64,000 bases of DNA from an uncultured Candidatus Rokubacteria bacterium (GCA_963699775.1 CAVOVE010000013.1:263542-327541); one strand, 5' to 3'. Shown: positions 20,093 through 34,919, counted from the stretch's first letter. Program-made: numbers and translations. The notes: a model not told the origin generated them from the sequence alone.

Positions 20093-21411
20093 AGAAGCTC
20101 AGCGGTTTGCTCGCGGTCCTGGCGCTCCTGCTGGTGCAGGTCGGCGGGGCGTTCGCCCTGACGTCGGATTACGAGATCATCGACTCCTTCAAGAAACGGC
20201 ACCTGGCCCTGATGGAATCCATCAAGACCGTCCAGGACCCGGGACAGCGCGACAACCTCGCGAACGAAATCGGCCGCCTGGAAGGCGAATACGCACAGCA
20301 CCGGAAACTGCTGGGCGAGGGGTTGTACCCGGAAAGCTTCGAAGCCGCGGTCGCCCGACTCCGCGACCAGCTGAAAATTTCGACCGAGCGGCTCCTCGCG
20401 GCCGAGGCCAGCCGGAAGGACAAGGTGACGATCGCAGAGCAAACCAGGGAAGTGGAAGCACGCGGGAAGAAGATCGTGGAAATCACCGCGCAGAACGAGG
20501 AATATCGGGCGGCGATCGAGAAGCTCTCGCGCGACGTGCAGGAGCAGAGCGCGCGAATTCAGCAACTCTCCACAGAAAACGCCGGCCTTCTGGAAAAGAT
20601 CAAGGCCCTGCAGCTGGAGAGCCGGAAGGACAAGGAGTCGATCGCGAAGTTGCGGGAATTGACCGACAAGCTCTACGCCAACATCCGGGACCGGGAAGAG
20701 CTGATCGTCAAGATGATGGACAGCCTGTTCGACGAGTACTCGAAGGCGGACCTGACGGACGCGCAGAAAAAAGACATCCTCGCGATCGCGCAGAAGAACG
20801 ATTACGTCAGCAAAATCGTCACGACCATCGACGGCAACATCAACTACGTCGAAACCGCCCTGTTGACGCCCCAGGATGTGAACGTCATCCGCGACCAGCA
20901 GCAGCGACTCGCCGTGAAGTGGGACGGGATCAAGCCCTTTGTCAGCAAGCTCTATCCTGACGACCAGAGCAGGACCCGCGACATCACCCTGGTGGACGGC
21001 CGGTTGGCGGACTTGAAAAGCGGCACCGGGGAGGCGACCTGGAGAAGCATCCAGCAGATTTTCACCGCGAACGGCGTCGCAATCGAACCTTTCCGCAATG
21101 CCGGCGAGTTCTCCGCCCGGGTGCTGGCGTACATCGATGCGCAGCAGATACATCCCTCGCGCGAGGCCTATCAGGTGTTCCGGCACAAGATCTGGGATTC
21201 CCCGATCAAGGACCAGTGGTTTCCCATCATCCCGCTCGACGAACTGACGGCGAAACAGCGGGCGGACATCGAAGAGCGGATCGCCCTCTGGGACAAGAAA
21301 GTCTCCGCCGCTTCCTTGCGCTGGGTGGGCATCGGCGTCTTCGCGGCCGTGCTGGTGGTGCTGGTGGCCGTGATCAGCCGGAAAAAGAAGAAACCGGAAC
21401 TGCCCGCATAA
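20089..21411 (+). CDS. secreted, C-terminally membrane-anchored coiled-coil protein of unknown function
   Basis: Signal peptide MKKLSGLLAVLALLLVQVGGAFA. About 200 aa are heptad-rich (EKLSRDVQEQSARIQQLSTENAGLLEKIKALQLES). C-terminal TM WVGIGVFAAVLVVLVAVI followed by KKKK. Confidence 0.65.
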   Translation: MKKLSGLLAVLALLLVQVGGAFALTSDYEIIDSFKKRHLALMESIKTVQDPGQRDNLANEIGRLEGEYAQHRKLLGEGLYPESFEAAVARLRDQLKISTERLLAAEASRKDKVTIAEQTREVEARGKKIVEITAQNEEYRAAIEKLSRDVQEQSARIQQLSTENAGLLEKIKALQLESRKDKESIAKLRELTDKLYANIRDREELIVKMMDSLFDEYSKADLTDAQKKDILAIAQKNDYVSKIVTTIDGNINYVETALLTPQDVNVIRDQQQRLAVKWDGIKPFVSKLYPDDQSRTRDITLVDGRLADLKSGTGEATWRSIQQIFTANGVAIEPFRNAGEFSARVLAYIDAQQIHPSREAYQVFRHKIWDSPIKDQWFPIIPLDELTAKQRADIEERIALWDKKVSAASLRWVGIGVFAAVLVVLVAVISRKKKKPELPA

Positions 21412-21418
21412 GCTGAAC

Positions 21419-21452
21419 AGCAGGCCGCTTCAAGAATGGCGAGCGGCCTGCT
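21419..21452. terminator. bidirectional hairpin with a perfect 11-bp stem (AGCAGGCCGCT / AGCGGCCTGCT)
   Basis: Lies exactly between the convergent stops at 21411 and 21454. The loop is 12 nt. Confidence 0.55.
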
Positions 21453-21453
21453 C

Positions 21454-22101
21454 CTAACCAGCCCCGAAGGGCAAGCCCCGGGAGACCTTCCTCGTGTCGA
21501 CGGCCTGGTAGTTTCCCGCCGCGAGAAGAGAGACGAGATTTTCCTCCGTCACCCGCTCCGGAAACTCCGTATAGCAGGAGCCCACGTCGACGGGCCGGTG
21601 GGCGTCGGAGCCGCCGGTGACGGGGAGCCGCAGCCGTTGCGCGGCCTGGACGGCGCGCTGGTTGAACGTGTGATGGTTGCACCCGTTGTGCCCCTCGACC
21701 GCCGCGAACCCCGGCAGCGCGAGGATCCGGTCCCCGAGGCCGCTGCCGGCGCGGTACGGGTGCGAGGGGATGACCACGCCCCCCGCGCGGCTCACCTCCC
21801 GGACCAGTTCTTCCGCCGGTGCGTACGGGTGGCAGAGACGGTCCGTGTCGACTCCGAAGACCAGACAGTGCCCCTCGGCCGCCGAGAATTCGACACCGCG
21901 CACGACCAGGATCCTGTCCCGGTAGCGCTCCCCGAGCCGTTCGAGCGACTCGGAGGCCTCGTACGAGTAGTGCTCGGTGAACGCGAGACCCTGGAGCCCG
22001 CGTTCGATGGCCTGAACGATGCACTCCTCGGGGTCCGCGAGGTTGTCGCCGCTCAGGAGCGAGTGAACGTGCAGGTCGATGCGGAACGATACGGCACTCA
22101 T
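21454..22101 (-). CDS. PHP-domain metal-dependent phosphoesterase
   Basis: IDLHVHSLLSGD, FTEH, IPSHPYR and GGSDAH. I place the start at ATG 22101 (MSAVSFRIDLHVH), not at the longer ORF start. Confidence 0.8.
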   Translation of the reverse strand: MSAVSFRIDLHVHSLLSGDNLADPEECIVQAIERGLQGLAFTEHYSYEASESLERLGERYRDRILVVRGVEFSAAEGHCLVFGVDTDRLCHPYAPAEELVREVSRAGGVVIPSHPYRAGSGLGDRILALPGFAAVEGHNGCNHHTFNQRAVQAAQRLRLPVTGGSDAHRPVDVGSCYTEFPERVTEENLVSLLAAGNYQAVDTRKVSRGLPFGAG

Positions 22102-22194
22102 TGAATGATGAATCATAGACCAGCGGCCGGCGCCGGTCAACGAAGCTGCGGCCAGCCGGTTGTAATCAGCCGCCGTTCGAGCGATAGTCCGGGC

Positions 22195-24002
22195 ATGCCC
22201 GGGCAAGCCCACCGCATCCCGAAGTCCTCCGCCCTGCCCGCTTCCCGGGACGAAATGCTGGCGCGCGGCTGGGCGGAGCTCGACGTGCTGATCGTCACCG
22301 GGGACGCCTACGTCGATCACCCCTCGTTCGGCGCGGCGATGATCGCCCGCGTGCTGGAGGCCGAAGGGTTGCGCGTCGGCGTGGTCGCGCAGCCCGACTG
22401 GCGCACTCCCGCGTCACTCCTGGTCATGGGCCGGCCGCGTCTGTTCTGCGGCGTGACTGCCGGCAACCTCGATTCGATGCTGGCAAACTACACGGCGGCC
22501 CGGCACAAGCGCCGCGAGGACGAGTACAGCGCGGGGGGGCTTCCGGGTCGCCGCCCGAACCACGCGGCAGCGGTCTACGCCCAGCTGGCGCGCAGGCGCG
22601 TTCCCCGGACTCCCGGTCGTGCTCGGCGGGATCGAGGCCAGCCTGCGGCGGGTGGCGCACTACGACTACTGGGAAGACAAGCTGCGGCCGTCCATCCTCG
22701 TCGACTCCAAGGCCGACCTGCTCGTCTACGGCATGGGCGAGCGCGCCATCCGGGAGATTGCCGGCCGGCTGGGCGCCGCCGCCGGGACGAGCGGGATCGC
22801 CGAGCTCTCCGGCATCCGCGGCACCGCCCGGCTCCTCGGCGCCAACGCGGCCAAGTCCCTGCCGCTCGACGACACGGTCGTCCTCCCCTCCCTGGAAGAG
22901 CTCCGGGCGACGTGGGGCCCGGCTGCTGGAGGCCACCCGGCTCGTCGAGGCCGAGCAGAGCCCCCTCTGCGGCCGGCGTCTCTTGCAGTTCCACGGTGCG
23001 CGCGCGGTGGTCGTCGAGCCCCCCGCCGGGCCGCTTGACGAGGCGGAGCTGGACGCCCTCTACGATCTACCGTTCACGCGGCTGCCGCACCCGGCCCACA
23101 CGGCGCCGGTCCCGGCCTACACGATGATCAGGGATTCGGTGACGATCGTGCGCGGCTGCGCGGGCGGCTGCAGCTTCTGCGGCCTGGGTTTGCACCAGGG
23201 CAAGTTCATCGCCAGCCGCAGCGAGGCCTCGATCCTGCGCGAACTGGGGAGGCTCGCCGCCGTCCCGGGTTTCCGCGGCACGGTCAGCGATCTGGGGGGA
23301 CCAAGCGCGAATCTCTACGGGTGCCGCAACGGCGCCGACGAGGCGTGCCGCGCCTGCCGCCGTCCCAGCTGCCTCGTCCCGTCCATGTGCAGACATTTCA
23401 AAATAGCCGAGGAGCCGGCCGTCAGCGTCCTGCGCAAGGCCCGCGGCGTGCCCGGGGTCAAGCACGTGTTCGTGCAGTCGGGCATCCGCATGGACGTTGC
23501 GCTGCGCACCCCGAAGTACCTGCGCGAGTTGGTGCGTCACCACGTGTCGGGCCACCTGAAAGTGGCGCCGGAGCACCTGGACCCGTCGGTGCTGCGGCGC
23601 ATGCGCAAACCCGGCGGCGTTTTCGAGCCGTTTCTTTCCGCGTTCCGGAAAGAGAGCGCGGCCGCGGGGAAGGAGCAGTACCTCGTCCCCTATTTCATCT
23701 CCAGCTTCCCGGGCTGCACGCAGGAGCAGATGCGCGTGGTCGAGCACTATCTGCACGCCTCCCGCTGGAACCTGCAGCAGGTCCAGGACTTCATCCCGCT
23801 GCCGATGACACCGGCCGCCGCGATGTACGTGACGGGGCTCGACTACGAGACGGGCGAGGCGATCCCCGTGGCGCGGGGCGCCGGCGAGCGACAGCGGCAG
23901 CGGGCAGCCCTCGGGCCGGCGCCGCGACAGCGGAACCCAGCGTCCGAGCAGCAGGCCGCTCACAAAGGCCCGGGAGCAAGGCGCCCGCGTCCTGAGGAAT
24001 GA
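22195..24002 (+). CDS. ygiQ: YgiQ-family (UPF0313) radical SAM protein, 2 frame breaks near 22600 and 22920
   Basis: N-terminal [31 protein letters not shown], the radical SAM motif CAGGCSFC, and HLKVAPEH. Confidence 0.85.
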
Positions 24003-24078
24003 CCAAGACGTGCGAGCAGCGCGCCGCAGATGGGCCTTTTTCAGCGGCCTGCTCGACACGTGACAGAAGTGGCAATGC

Positions 24079-24107
24079 TTGACAGGAAAAGTTCCTGCCA
24101 TTATTAA
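24079..24107 (+). promoter_or_regulatory. near-consensus sigma70 promoter TTGACA-N17-TATTAA
   Basis: The -10 hexamer ends 10 nt before ATG 24118. No SD is visible. Confidence 0.45.
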
Positions 24108-24117
24108 TGAGGCTGTC

Positions 24118-24480
24118 ATGGAATTTTTCTCCAGGAAGGGGCTTGCCTGCGGTTGTCGGCCGCGCTCCGCCCTGCGAACGGTGGTGTCGGTCTTTCTGAT
24201 CGCGCTCCTCGGGCTGGAAATCCTGCCGTTGGGGTTGGTGGAGTGCGTGCCCGCCGTCCCCGGCGGACCCATGGAGCGCACCCTCTGTATCGAGCCGCTG
24301 CAAGTCTGCAACCACGGGGACTCCTTCGTCGGTGTCCCGTTCGATCTACCCGTTCTTCTCCCGGGGTCACCCTGCCTCTTTCCACCGCCCGAGGGTCGGC
24401 CTTCCGTCCTGCTGGCCGACGCTTTCGTGGCGGATGGATTCCACCCCGCCATAGACCACCCGCCTCAGCTCTCGGCGTAA
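24118..24480 (+). CDS. hypothetical single-TM, Cys-containing protein
   Basis: MEFFSRKGLACGCRPRSALRTVVSVFLIALLGLEILPL... I recognise no family. Coding status rests only on ORF length and the promoter. Confidence 0.35.
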   Translation: MEFFSRKGLACGCRPRSALRTVVSVFLIALLGLEILPLGLVECVPAVPGGPMERTLCIEPLQVCNHGDSFVGVPFDLPVLLPGSPCLFPPPEGRPSVLLADAFVADGFHPAIDHPPQLSA

Positions 24481-24682
24481 CTCCGATCGCTCCGCGGTTG
24501 GGGGTGCGGCGCCTCCCGGCCTGACGGCCCCGGGGTACCGCTCCGGCACGGATACTCATCCGTGGCGGGGTTCCGGAACGGTTGAAGCACGCGCCGTCCA
24601 CGGTTTCCTCCCAGCATGCATTGGGGCAGCCCCGGGGAGTCTTCCCCCGACGTCAATGGAGTTGCCGAGAGGAGGAACGGAC

Positions 24683-25183
24683 ATGGAGTACTGGGATCAC
24701 ACGATGGGTCCGCAAGAACGGGTGGCACTGCGCGCGAGCGCGGTTCAGGCCGTGAACAACGGCGAAAAGAAACGTCAGGTGGCGCTGCGTTTCGGCGTCA
24801 CGAGACAGACGCTGCACAACTGGGTTGCGAAGCACCAGCACGGCGGGAGGGAGGCTCTTGTCGCGAAACCGCGCGGACGCGCACGGCGCAGAATGCTCGA
24901 GCCCGCGCAGGAAGCCCAAGTCGCCGACGCCATACTTCTGCTCTCGCCTTCGACCGTGCATCAGCGCTTCACCCGTTGGACGAAGAAAGCCATCGCCGGT
25001 TTCATCGAGCAGCGCTTCGGCGTGCGTCTCAGCGCCTGGCAGGTGGACAGCCACCTGCGTCGGTGGGGCTTCGCATCGCACAAGCAGGTGCGGCGGGCGT
25101 TCATGGTCAATCAGACCCGGAACGGCGCACAGGGCTGGGTGCCCGAGGCGGCTACCGGATCTTCGAGCCAGCCTCTCTATTAG
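24683..25183 (+). mobile_element. IS630-type transposase N-terminal HTH / winged-helix fragment (no DDE domain): IS remnant or domesticated regulator
   Basis: GEKKRQVALRFGVTRQTLHNWVAKHQHGGREAL...RFTRWTKKAIAGFIEQRFGVRLSAWQVDSHLRRWGF is the typical IS630/Tc1 ORF1 HTH pair. GGAGGA lies 8 nt before ATG 24683. The ORF ends with no catalytic domain downstream. Confidence 0.6.
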
Positions 25184-25304
25184 CGGTGCCGCAACCGGCT
25201 GAGGACGAGGGCGGGCATGGCTTTATTCTCCTTCCTGCAGGCACAACTCGAAACCTTGTATTACTATCGGATCCAGCCAGGTGGCGAGTTAGGGGGAACC
25301 GGCT

Positions 25305-25787
25305 GTGAAGATCAAGATTTCAGGGCGGGCCGTGGGCGCTGGAGGCCGAGCGGCCGCGCTCCTCGCTCTCGCCGCCTTCCTGCTGGGAGCCGCCAACGGA
25401 TGCGCCCGGGACACGACCAAGTACCCTGAACTGAGCGCCCTGGACGGGAGCGTGACGGTCGATCTCTCAGGCATCGGCCCCGAAGGCGGACGTTTCCACA
25501 CCTATCGCTCCAGCGCGGGGAAGAAGGTCGATTTCTTCGTCTATCGCGAGAGCTCAGGAGTGCCGCACGCGGTCCTCGATGCCTGCCGGACCTGCTACCG
25601 CTGGAAGAAAGGCTACGCCCTCGACGGCAGGGAGGTCGTCTGTCTCAAGTGCGACATGAGATTCAAGCTGGACGGCCTCGCGCAGGGAACCGGCTCCTGT
25701 GTCCCGATCGCTCTGAAAACCGAACTGCGCGGCGGCGCGCTGACCATACCCGTTTCGGAACTCGAGGCCGGAGCGCGGTTTTTCTGA
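25305..25787 (+). CDS. lipoprotein with a Cys4 zinc-ribbon-like motif (DUF2318-like)
   Basis: The signal/lipobox LLGAANGC, then DACRTCYRWKKGYALDGREVVCLKCDMRF...GSCVPI. The family assignment is from memory of the DUF2318 pattern. Confidence 0.5.
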   Translation: MKIKISGRAVGAGGRAAALLALAAFLLGAANGCARDTTKYPELSALDGSVTVDLSGIGPEGGRFHTYRSSAGKKVDFFVYRESSGVPHAVLDACRTCYRWKKGYALDGREVVCLKCDMRFKLDGLAQGTGSCVPIALKTELRGGALTIPVSELEAGARFF

Positions 25788-25813
25788 ACAAGCCGGCGGA
25801 TCGCGAGAATCCC

Positions 25814-26194
25814 GTGACCAGAGAATTGCATCACCTTGCGCTCGGGGCCTGCGACGTTGAGCTAGTTGCGGCATTTTATCGTGATCTCCTCGGCCTGAGC
25901 GAGGTGAGCCGGAGCCACAATCCTGGCGGGGGACTCCGGTCGATCTGGCTCGACCTTGGGGGGCCGATTCTGATGATCGAGCACCTCGGCGAGCCTACTC
26001 GTCCGGTGCAAGGCGCTGGCGCCGGCCTTTTTCTCCTCGCCCTGGCGGTTACACCGGCGGATCGCGGCGCGCTTGAAAGCTCACTCGCCGCCTCCGGGTT
26101 CCCCGTTGAAACTCGCACCGAACACACGATCTACGTTCGCGATCCGGAGGGGAACCGGGTAGCGCTCTCGAGCTACCCGCTCGCACCACAATAA
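25814..26194 (+). CDS. VOC / glyoxalase-family protein
   Basis: LHHLALGACDVELVAAFYRDLLGL...IYVRDPEGNRVAL. GTG 25814 is chosen as the start. Confidence 0.7.
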   Translation: MTRELHHLALGACDVELVAAFYRDLLGLSEVSRSHNPGGGLRSIWLDLGGPILMIEHLGEPTRPVQGAGAGLFLLALAVTPADRGALESSLAASGFPVETRTEHTIYVRDPEGNRVALSSYPLAPQ

Positions 26195-26288
26195 TCCCGA
26201 GACTCCCGCGGCAGACCCGCCGGTCGGACGAACATCCGGCAGGCTGCCGCTGTGGCATACTTGCCCCCGCATAACTGGGGGGCATCCC

Positions 26289-27953
26289 GTGGAGAGTTTC
26301 AGGGTCGCGCTGGCGCAGATCAACCCGACGGTCGGGGACCTGCGCGGGAACCTCGAGCGCATCGTCGCCTCCGCGGGCCGGGCTCGCGAGGCCGGCGCGC
26401 AGCTGGCCGTCTTCCCCGAACTGGCGGTATCGGGCTACCCCCCGGAAGATCTTCTGCTCAATCCCCTCTTCGTGAGCGAGTGCCGTGCCGCACTCGAGGA
26501 GGCGGCGCGCCGTTGTGTCGGCATCGACGCGGTCGTCGGCTTCCCCGAGGGAGCCGGGGGTCGCGTCCACAATGCGGCTGCCCTGTTGCGCGAAGGCAGG
26601 GTGGCGGGCATCTCGCGCAAGACCGAACTGCCGAACTACGGCGTCTTCGACGAGCACCGCTATTTCACCCCCGGGACCGGGCCGCTCATGGCCGAAACCG
26701 CCGGGGTCGGGTGCCTGATCACCATCTGCGAGGACATCTGGGTGCCGGACGGTGCCGTCGAGCGGTCGGCCCGTGAGCGGCGCCCCGAACTCGTGCTCAA
26801 TCTCTCGGCCTCCCCTTTCCACGCCGGCAAGCTCGCCGAGCGCCACGCCGCGGCGGCGCGCTTTGCCCGCACCGCGGCGGCGCCCGTCTGCTACGCAAAC
26901 CTCGTCGGCGGCCAGGACGAGCTGGTCTTCGACGGCGGCAGCTTCGTGGCGGCCGCCGACGGGCGGATCGCCGCTGCCGCACGACGCTTCGCCGAGGACC
27001 TCCTGGTCGTCGAGTTCACCGCAGGCCCGGGCGGCACGCTCGCCCCGGCGGCCGCGGCCGTCTCCCCCGACTTCGACCGACTCGGCGAGATCCACGCGGC
27101 CCTCGTGCTCGGCACCCGCGATTACCTCGGGAAAAACCGCTTCTCCAAAGCCGTCATCGGTCTCTCCGGCGGCATCGACTCCGCACTCACGGCGGCCCTC
27201 GCCGTGGAGGCGCTCGGCGCGGACCGGGTCGTCGGCGTCTCGATGCCCTCGCGCTTCAACAGCGGCGCGACCCGCGGCGACGCCGTCCGGGTCGCGGAAA
27301 ACCTCGGCATCCGCTTTCTCGAGATCCCGATCCAGGGCGTCTACGAGGGCTACCTGGAACTGCTCGCGGGCTCCTTCGACAACGGCGACCCCGGCGTCGC
27401 CGGCGAGAACCTGCAGGCGCGCGTGCGCGGGAACATCCTGATGGCGCTCTCGAACCGCTTCGGCTGGCTGGTGCTGACGACCGGCAACAAGAGCGAGACC
27501 GCCGTCGGCTACTGCACCCTCTACGGCGACATGGCGGGCGGATTCGCGGTCATCAAGGACGTGCCGAAGACGCTCGTCTGGGAGCTCGCGGCCAACCTGA
27601 ACCGCCGCGCCGGACGCGAGCTGATCCCCGAGAGCACGATCGCGCGCGTCCCCTCCGCCGAGCTGCGGCCGGACCAGCGCGACGAGGACTCGCTGCCGCC
27701 CTACCCCGTGCTCGACGCCATCCTCGCCGCCTACGTCGAGCAGCTGCGCTCCCCCGACGAGATCGCCGGCCTGGGTTTCGACCCGCGGACGGTCGAGCGG
27801 GTCATCCGCCTGGTGGACGGTTCCGAGTACAAGCGGCGGCAGGCCCCGCCGGGCGTGAAGCTCACCCCGCGGGCCTTCGGGCGCGACCGGCGCCTGCCGA
27901 TCACGAACCGCTGGACGGAGCACCTGATGCGCGCCGGCGAGGAAACCCGGTAA
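26289..27953 (+). CDS. nadE: glutamine-dependent NAD+ synthetase (intact)
   Basis: CN-hydrolase domain (FPELAVSGYPPEDL, ITICEDIW) plus a synthetase domain with the P-loop LSGGIDSALTAAL. Confidence 0.9.
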   Translation: MESFRVALAQINPTVGDLRGNLERIVASAGRAREAGAQLAVFPELAVSGYPPEDLLLNPLFVSECRAALEEAARRCVGIDAVVGFPEGAGGRVHNAAALLREGRVAGISRKTELPNYGVFDEHRYFTPGTGPLMAETAGVGCLITICEDIWVPDGAVERSARERRPELVLNLSASPFHAGKLAERHAAAARFARTAAAPVCYANLVGGQDELVFDGGSFVAAADGRIAAAARRFAEDLLVVEFTAGPGGTLAPAAAAVSPDFDRLGEIHAALVLGTRDYLGKNRFSKAVIGLSGGIDSALTAALAVEALGADRVVGVSMPSRFNSGATRGDAVRVAENLGIRFLEIPIQGVYEGYLELLAGSFDNGDPGVAGENLQARVRGNILMALSNRFGWLVLTTGNKSETAVGYCTLYGDMAGGFAVIKDVPKTLVWELAANLNRRAGRELIPESTIARVPSAELRPDQRDEDSLPPYPVLDAILAAYVEQLRSPDEIAGLGFDPRTVERVIRLVDGSEYKRRQAPPGVKLTPRAFGRDRRLPITNRWTEHLMRAGEETR

Positions 27954-27974
27954 ATGAATATTGAAATGTAACCA

Positions 27975-28002
27975 CGGGAGGGGATGAAACCCTCCCCTTA
28001 CA
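27975..28002. repeat. REP-like palindromic element, family A (CGGGAGGGGATGAAACCCTCCCCTTACA)
   Basis: Hairpin GGGAGGGG/CCCTCCCC. Two further copies lie at 48525-48593. Confidence 0.6.
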
Positions 28003-28051
28003 ACCCGGGTCGGGAACATCGTGTGTACGAGCCGGATCGGGAACAACGGAG

Positions 28052-28072
28052 GGGCGGGATGTACTCCCGCCC
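28052..28072. repeat. REP-like hairpin, family B (GGGCGGGA-tgtac-TCCCGCCC, then GAA)
   Basis: Perfect 8-bp stem. A second copy with the same layout lies at 37195-37215. Confidence 0.55.
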
Positions 28073-28118
28073 GAAAAGTGAAACTGATTCCGTTCATGAT
28101 GTACGGAGAGCGAATCGC

Positions 28119-28800
28119 ATGATGCGCGTACTGGTGATCATGCACGTCGAGAGCGAGGGCCCCGGGGTCTTCGGCGAGCTCCTCCAGGCCGCGGGCGCCC
28201 GGGTCCAGGTCGCGCGGCTGCACCTCGGCGATACGCTTCCCGAGCCCGGGGAACTCGACGCCGTGCTCTCGATGGGCGGGCCGATGAACGTCTACGAGGA
28301 GGCAGCGGTACCCGTTCCTGCGCGACGAGACGCGCTTTCTGCAGGCCGCGGCGGCTCGCGATCTGCCGGTGCTCGGCATTTGTCTCGGCGCCCAGATGAT
28401 CGCCAAGGCCGCCGGCGCGGCGGTGACGAAGAACCGCGTCGAGGAGGTCGGCTGGAGCACGGTGAGCCTGACCTCCGACGGGCTGGCCGACCCGCTCTTT
28501 CGCGGCCTGCCGGCAACCCTCCCGGTTTTCCAGTGGCACGGCGACACCTTCGCTATCCCGGCGGGCGGTGCGCTGCTCGCGACCGGCAGCGACTGTGACA
28601 ACCAGGCCTTCCGCTTCAAGCGCTCCTGCGGGCTGCAGTTCCACCTCGAGGCGGACCGCGCGCTGCTGGCCTCGTGGTTCGCCGGGACGCACCGGGAGCG
28701 CGAGATCCTGCGCCGCTGCGACGAACTCGCCCCCGAGGTCGACCGCTGCGTGCGGACCCTCTTTGCGAACTTCCTCGCGATCGCCGGGCAACCGCGCTGA
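28119..28800 (+). CDS. class I glutamine amidotransferase (GuaA-N-like), 1 frame break near 28310
   Basis: Nucleophile elbow VLGICLGAQ and the His/Glu region LQFHLE. The N-terminus is MMRVLVIMHVESEGPG. Confidence 0.8.
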
Positions 28801-28835
28801 AGGGTCGGCGACCGGGGCCGCGGCGTCGTGATAGA

Positions 28836-33438
<4,603 letters not shown>

Positions 33439-33440
33439 CC

Positions 33441-34880
33441 ATGGGCAAGACGACCGGCTTCATCGACTACCAGCGCGAGGACGCTCCCAAGCGCCCCGTC
33501 GCCGAGCGGGTCCGCGACTCCCGCGAGATCGAGCAACTCCTGCCGCAGGACCGGCTCCAGCGCCAGGCGGGGCGCTGCATGGACTGCGGCGTGCCCTACT
33601 GCCACACCTTCGGCTGCCCGCTGCACAACCGCATCCCGGACTGGAACGACATGGTCTGGCGCGGCCAGTGGCGCCGCGCGCTCGATCTGCTGCACGCGAC
33701 GAACAATCTCCCGGAGGTCACCGGCAGGATCTGCCCGGCGACCTGCGAGGCCTCCTGCACGCTGGGCATCAACGCGCCGGCGGTGAGCATCCGCCAGATC
33801 GAGTTGCAGATCGTCGAGCACGGCTGGCGCGAGGGGTGGATCGTCCCGCAGCCGGCGCCCCGGCGCACCGGGAAGCGGGCCGTCGTCGTCGGCTCGGGAC
33901 CCGCGGGTCTCGCCGCCGCCCAGCAGCTGGCGCGCGCCGGCCACACGGTCGTGGTCTACGAGAAGGCCGACCGGCCGGGCGGGATCCTGCGCTACGGCAT
34001 CCCCGACTTCAAACTCGAGAAGTGGGTCCTCGACCGCCGCATCGCCCAGATGCAGGCCGAGGGGGTCGTCTTCGAGACGCGCGTCGACGCCGGACGCGAC
34101 GTGTCGGTGAACTACCTGCGCCGCACCTTCGACGCCGTCGTCGTGGCCGCCGGCTCGCGCGTACCGCGCGACGTCAGCCTCCCGGGGCGAGAGCTCGGCG
34201 GAGTCCACCTGGCCATGGACTTCCTGACGGCCCAGAACCGGCGCGTCGCCGGGGACGCGCTCGCGCCCGAGGCCGACGTCAGCGCCGCCGGGCGGACGGT
34301 GGTCGTCGTCGGTGGCGGCGACACCGGCGCCGACTGCGTCGGCACCGCTCGCCGGCAGGGAGCCCTCGCGATCACCCAGATCGAAATCCTCCCCGAGCCG
34401 CCCAGGGAGCGTTCCGTCGACAACCCCTGGCCGCACTGGCCGCAGATTCTCCGCACCGGCTCCTCCCACGACGAGGGCTGCGCCCGGATGTGGGGGATCT
34501 CGACGAAGGAGATCCTCGGCGACAAGGCGGGCCGCGTGCGCGCGCTGCGCTGCGTCAAGGTCGCGTGGGGCGCCGTCGATACCGCCGGGCGGCGCCCGTT
34601 CAAGGAGGTCGCCGGATCCGAGTTCGAACTGCAGGCCGACCTGGTGGTCTTCGCGATGGGCTTCGTGCACACCGAGCACAGCGCGCTCGTCACGGACTTC
34701 GGCCTCCAGCTCAACCCGGGGGCCTGCCTGCTGACCGACGCCGAGCTGATGACCTCGGCGCCGGGGGTCTTCGCCGCGGGAGACTGCGTCCTCGGCGCGC
34801 GGCTGATCGTCACCGCCATCGACCAGGGCCGCCGCGCGGCCGCCGCCGCGGACCGCTACCTGCGAACAAAGCAGCTCTGA
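33441..34880 (+). CDS. gltD: glutamate synthase small subunit (intact)
   Basis: CMDCGVPYC, CPATCEASC and VVVGSGPAGLAAAQQL. The start is 2 nt after the gltB stop. Confidence 0.95.
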   Translation: MGKTTGFIDYQREDAPKRPVAERVRDSREIEQLLPQDRLQRQAGRCMDCGVPYCHTFGCPLHNRIPDWNDMVWRGQWRRALDLLHATNNLPEVTGRICPATCEASCTLGINAPAVSIRQIELQIVEHGWREGWIVPQPAPRRTGKRAVVVGSGPAGLAAAQQLARAGHTVVVYEKADRPGGILRYGIPDFKLEKWVLDRRIAQMQAEGVVFETRVDAGRDVSVNYLRRTFDAVVVAAGSRVPRDVSLPGRELGGVHLAMDFLTAQNRRVAGDALAPEADVSAAGRTVVVVGGGDTGADCVGTARRQGALAITQIEILPEPPRERSVDNPWPHWPQILRTGSSHDEGCARMWGISTKEILGDKAGRVRALRCVKVAWGAVDTAGRRPFKEVAGSEFELQADLVVFAMGFVHTEHSALVTDFGLQLNPGACLLTDAELMTSAPGVFAAGDCVLGARLIVTAIDQGRRAAAAADRYLRTKQL

Positions 34881-34919
34881 CCCAAACGGACGAGAACAAC
34901 AACCAGGAGGAGACCGACC

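Noticed and set aside
22105-22194. The longer N-terminal extension of the YgiQ ORF (start at 22105), and the long PHP ORF start at 22320.
   Set aside because: The extensions overlap each other on opposite strands and lack family similarity. The conserved N-termini begin at 22195 and 22101 respectively.
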